NCBI GenBank assembly: GCA_000934665.2
Contig: JYFJ02001944.1
Location: forward strand, 46,038 to 66,037
Source of the DNA: Catajapyx aquilonaris
Lineage: Eukaryota
Length of the DNA stretch: 20,000 bases
Reading direction: 5' to 3'
The notes beneath the pieces were generated by a model. That model did no database searches. It was given only the letters and a program-made list of their open reading frames with translations, and was not told the DNA's origin. Shown piece after piece: positions 19,771 through 20,000 of the stretch; position 1 is the first letter of the stretch, and every line of letters starts with the position of its first letter. Both the position numbers and the translations under genes were made by a program.

Positions 19771-20000
19771 GCGGTTCGAGAAACATTCGCTTCGCTCGCA
19801 TTTTTTTCCATGCCTGCGGTTCGAGAAACATTCTCTTCGCTCGCATTTTTCCATGCTTGCGGTTCGAGAAACATTCGCTTCGCTTGCATTTTTTTCCATG
19901 CCTGCGGTTCGAGAAACATTCGCTTCGCTCGCATTTTTTCCATGCCTGCGGTTCGAGAAACATTCTCTTCGCTCGCATTTTTCCATGCTTGCGGTTCGAG
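19771..20000. repeat. Tandem minisatellite, 43-45 bp unit, at least 5 copies, running off the window
   Basis: GCGGTTCGAGAAACATTC(G/T)CTTCGCTCGCAT(5-7)CCATGC(C/T)T with units starting at 19771, 19816, 19859, 19904, 19948 and 19991. Confidence 0.9.

Noticed and set aside
19664..19986. Three minus-strand repetitive ORFs
   Set aside because: They are by-products of the stop-poor tandem repeat; unit lengths of 43-45 nt shift frames.
19771..20000. CRISPR array
   Set aside because: Units are head-to-tail with no unique spacers, there are no cas genes, and the context is a eukaryotic intron.

Overview
Eukaryotic, intron-containing invertebrate-type genomic DNA (probably an arthropod or other ecdysozoan; inferred) with three co-oriented + strand genes. 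(1) The last coding exon (109-699) of an unidentified protein. (2) A complete 5-exon gene not captured by the ORF track (join 2045-2096, 2316-2446, 2567-2821, 2922-3059, 3714-3755). It encodes a 205-aa secreted, acidic, cysteine-rich protein with one 4-Cys CxxxC/CxxxC module and three tandem defensin-like (CS-alpha-beta) 6-Cys domains; its three phase-0 introns all sit at the same position relative to the CxxxC motif. This is the most interesting object in the window. (3) The 5' part of a furrowed/CG9095-like gene (signal-peptide exon 8569-8617, sushi exon 18890-19075, F-type lectin exon 19265-19453) with candidate non-coding first exons. Its ~10 kb intron holds an antisense intron-containing tRNA-Ile(TAT), a truncated copy of it, several MITE/foldback families and many AP-1/CRE sites. 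A 43-45 bp tandem repeat runs off the right end. All calls come from manual reading; no searches were run.
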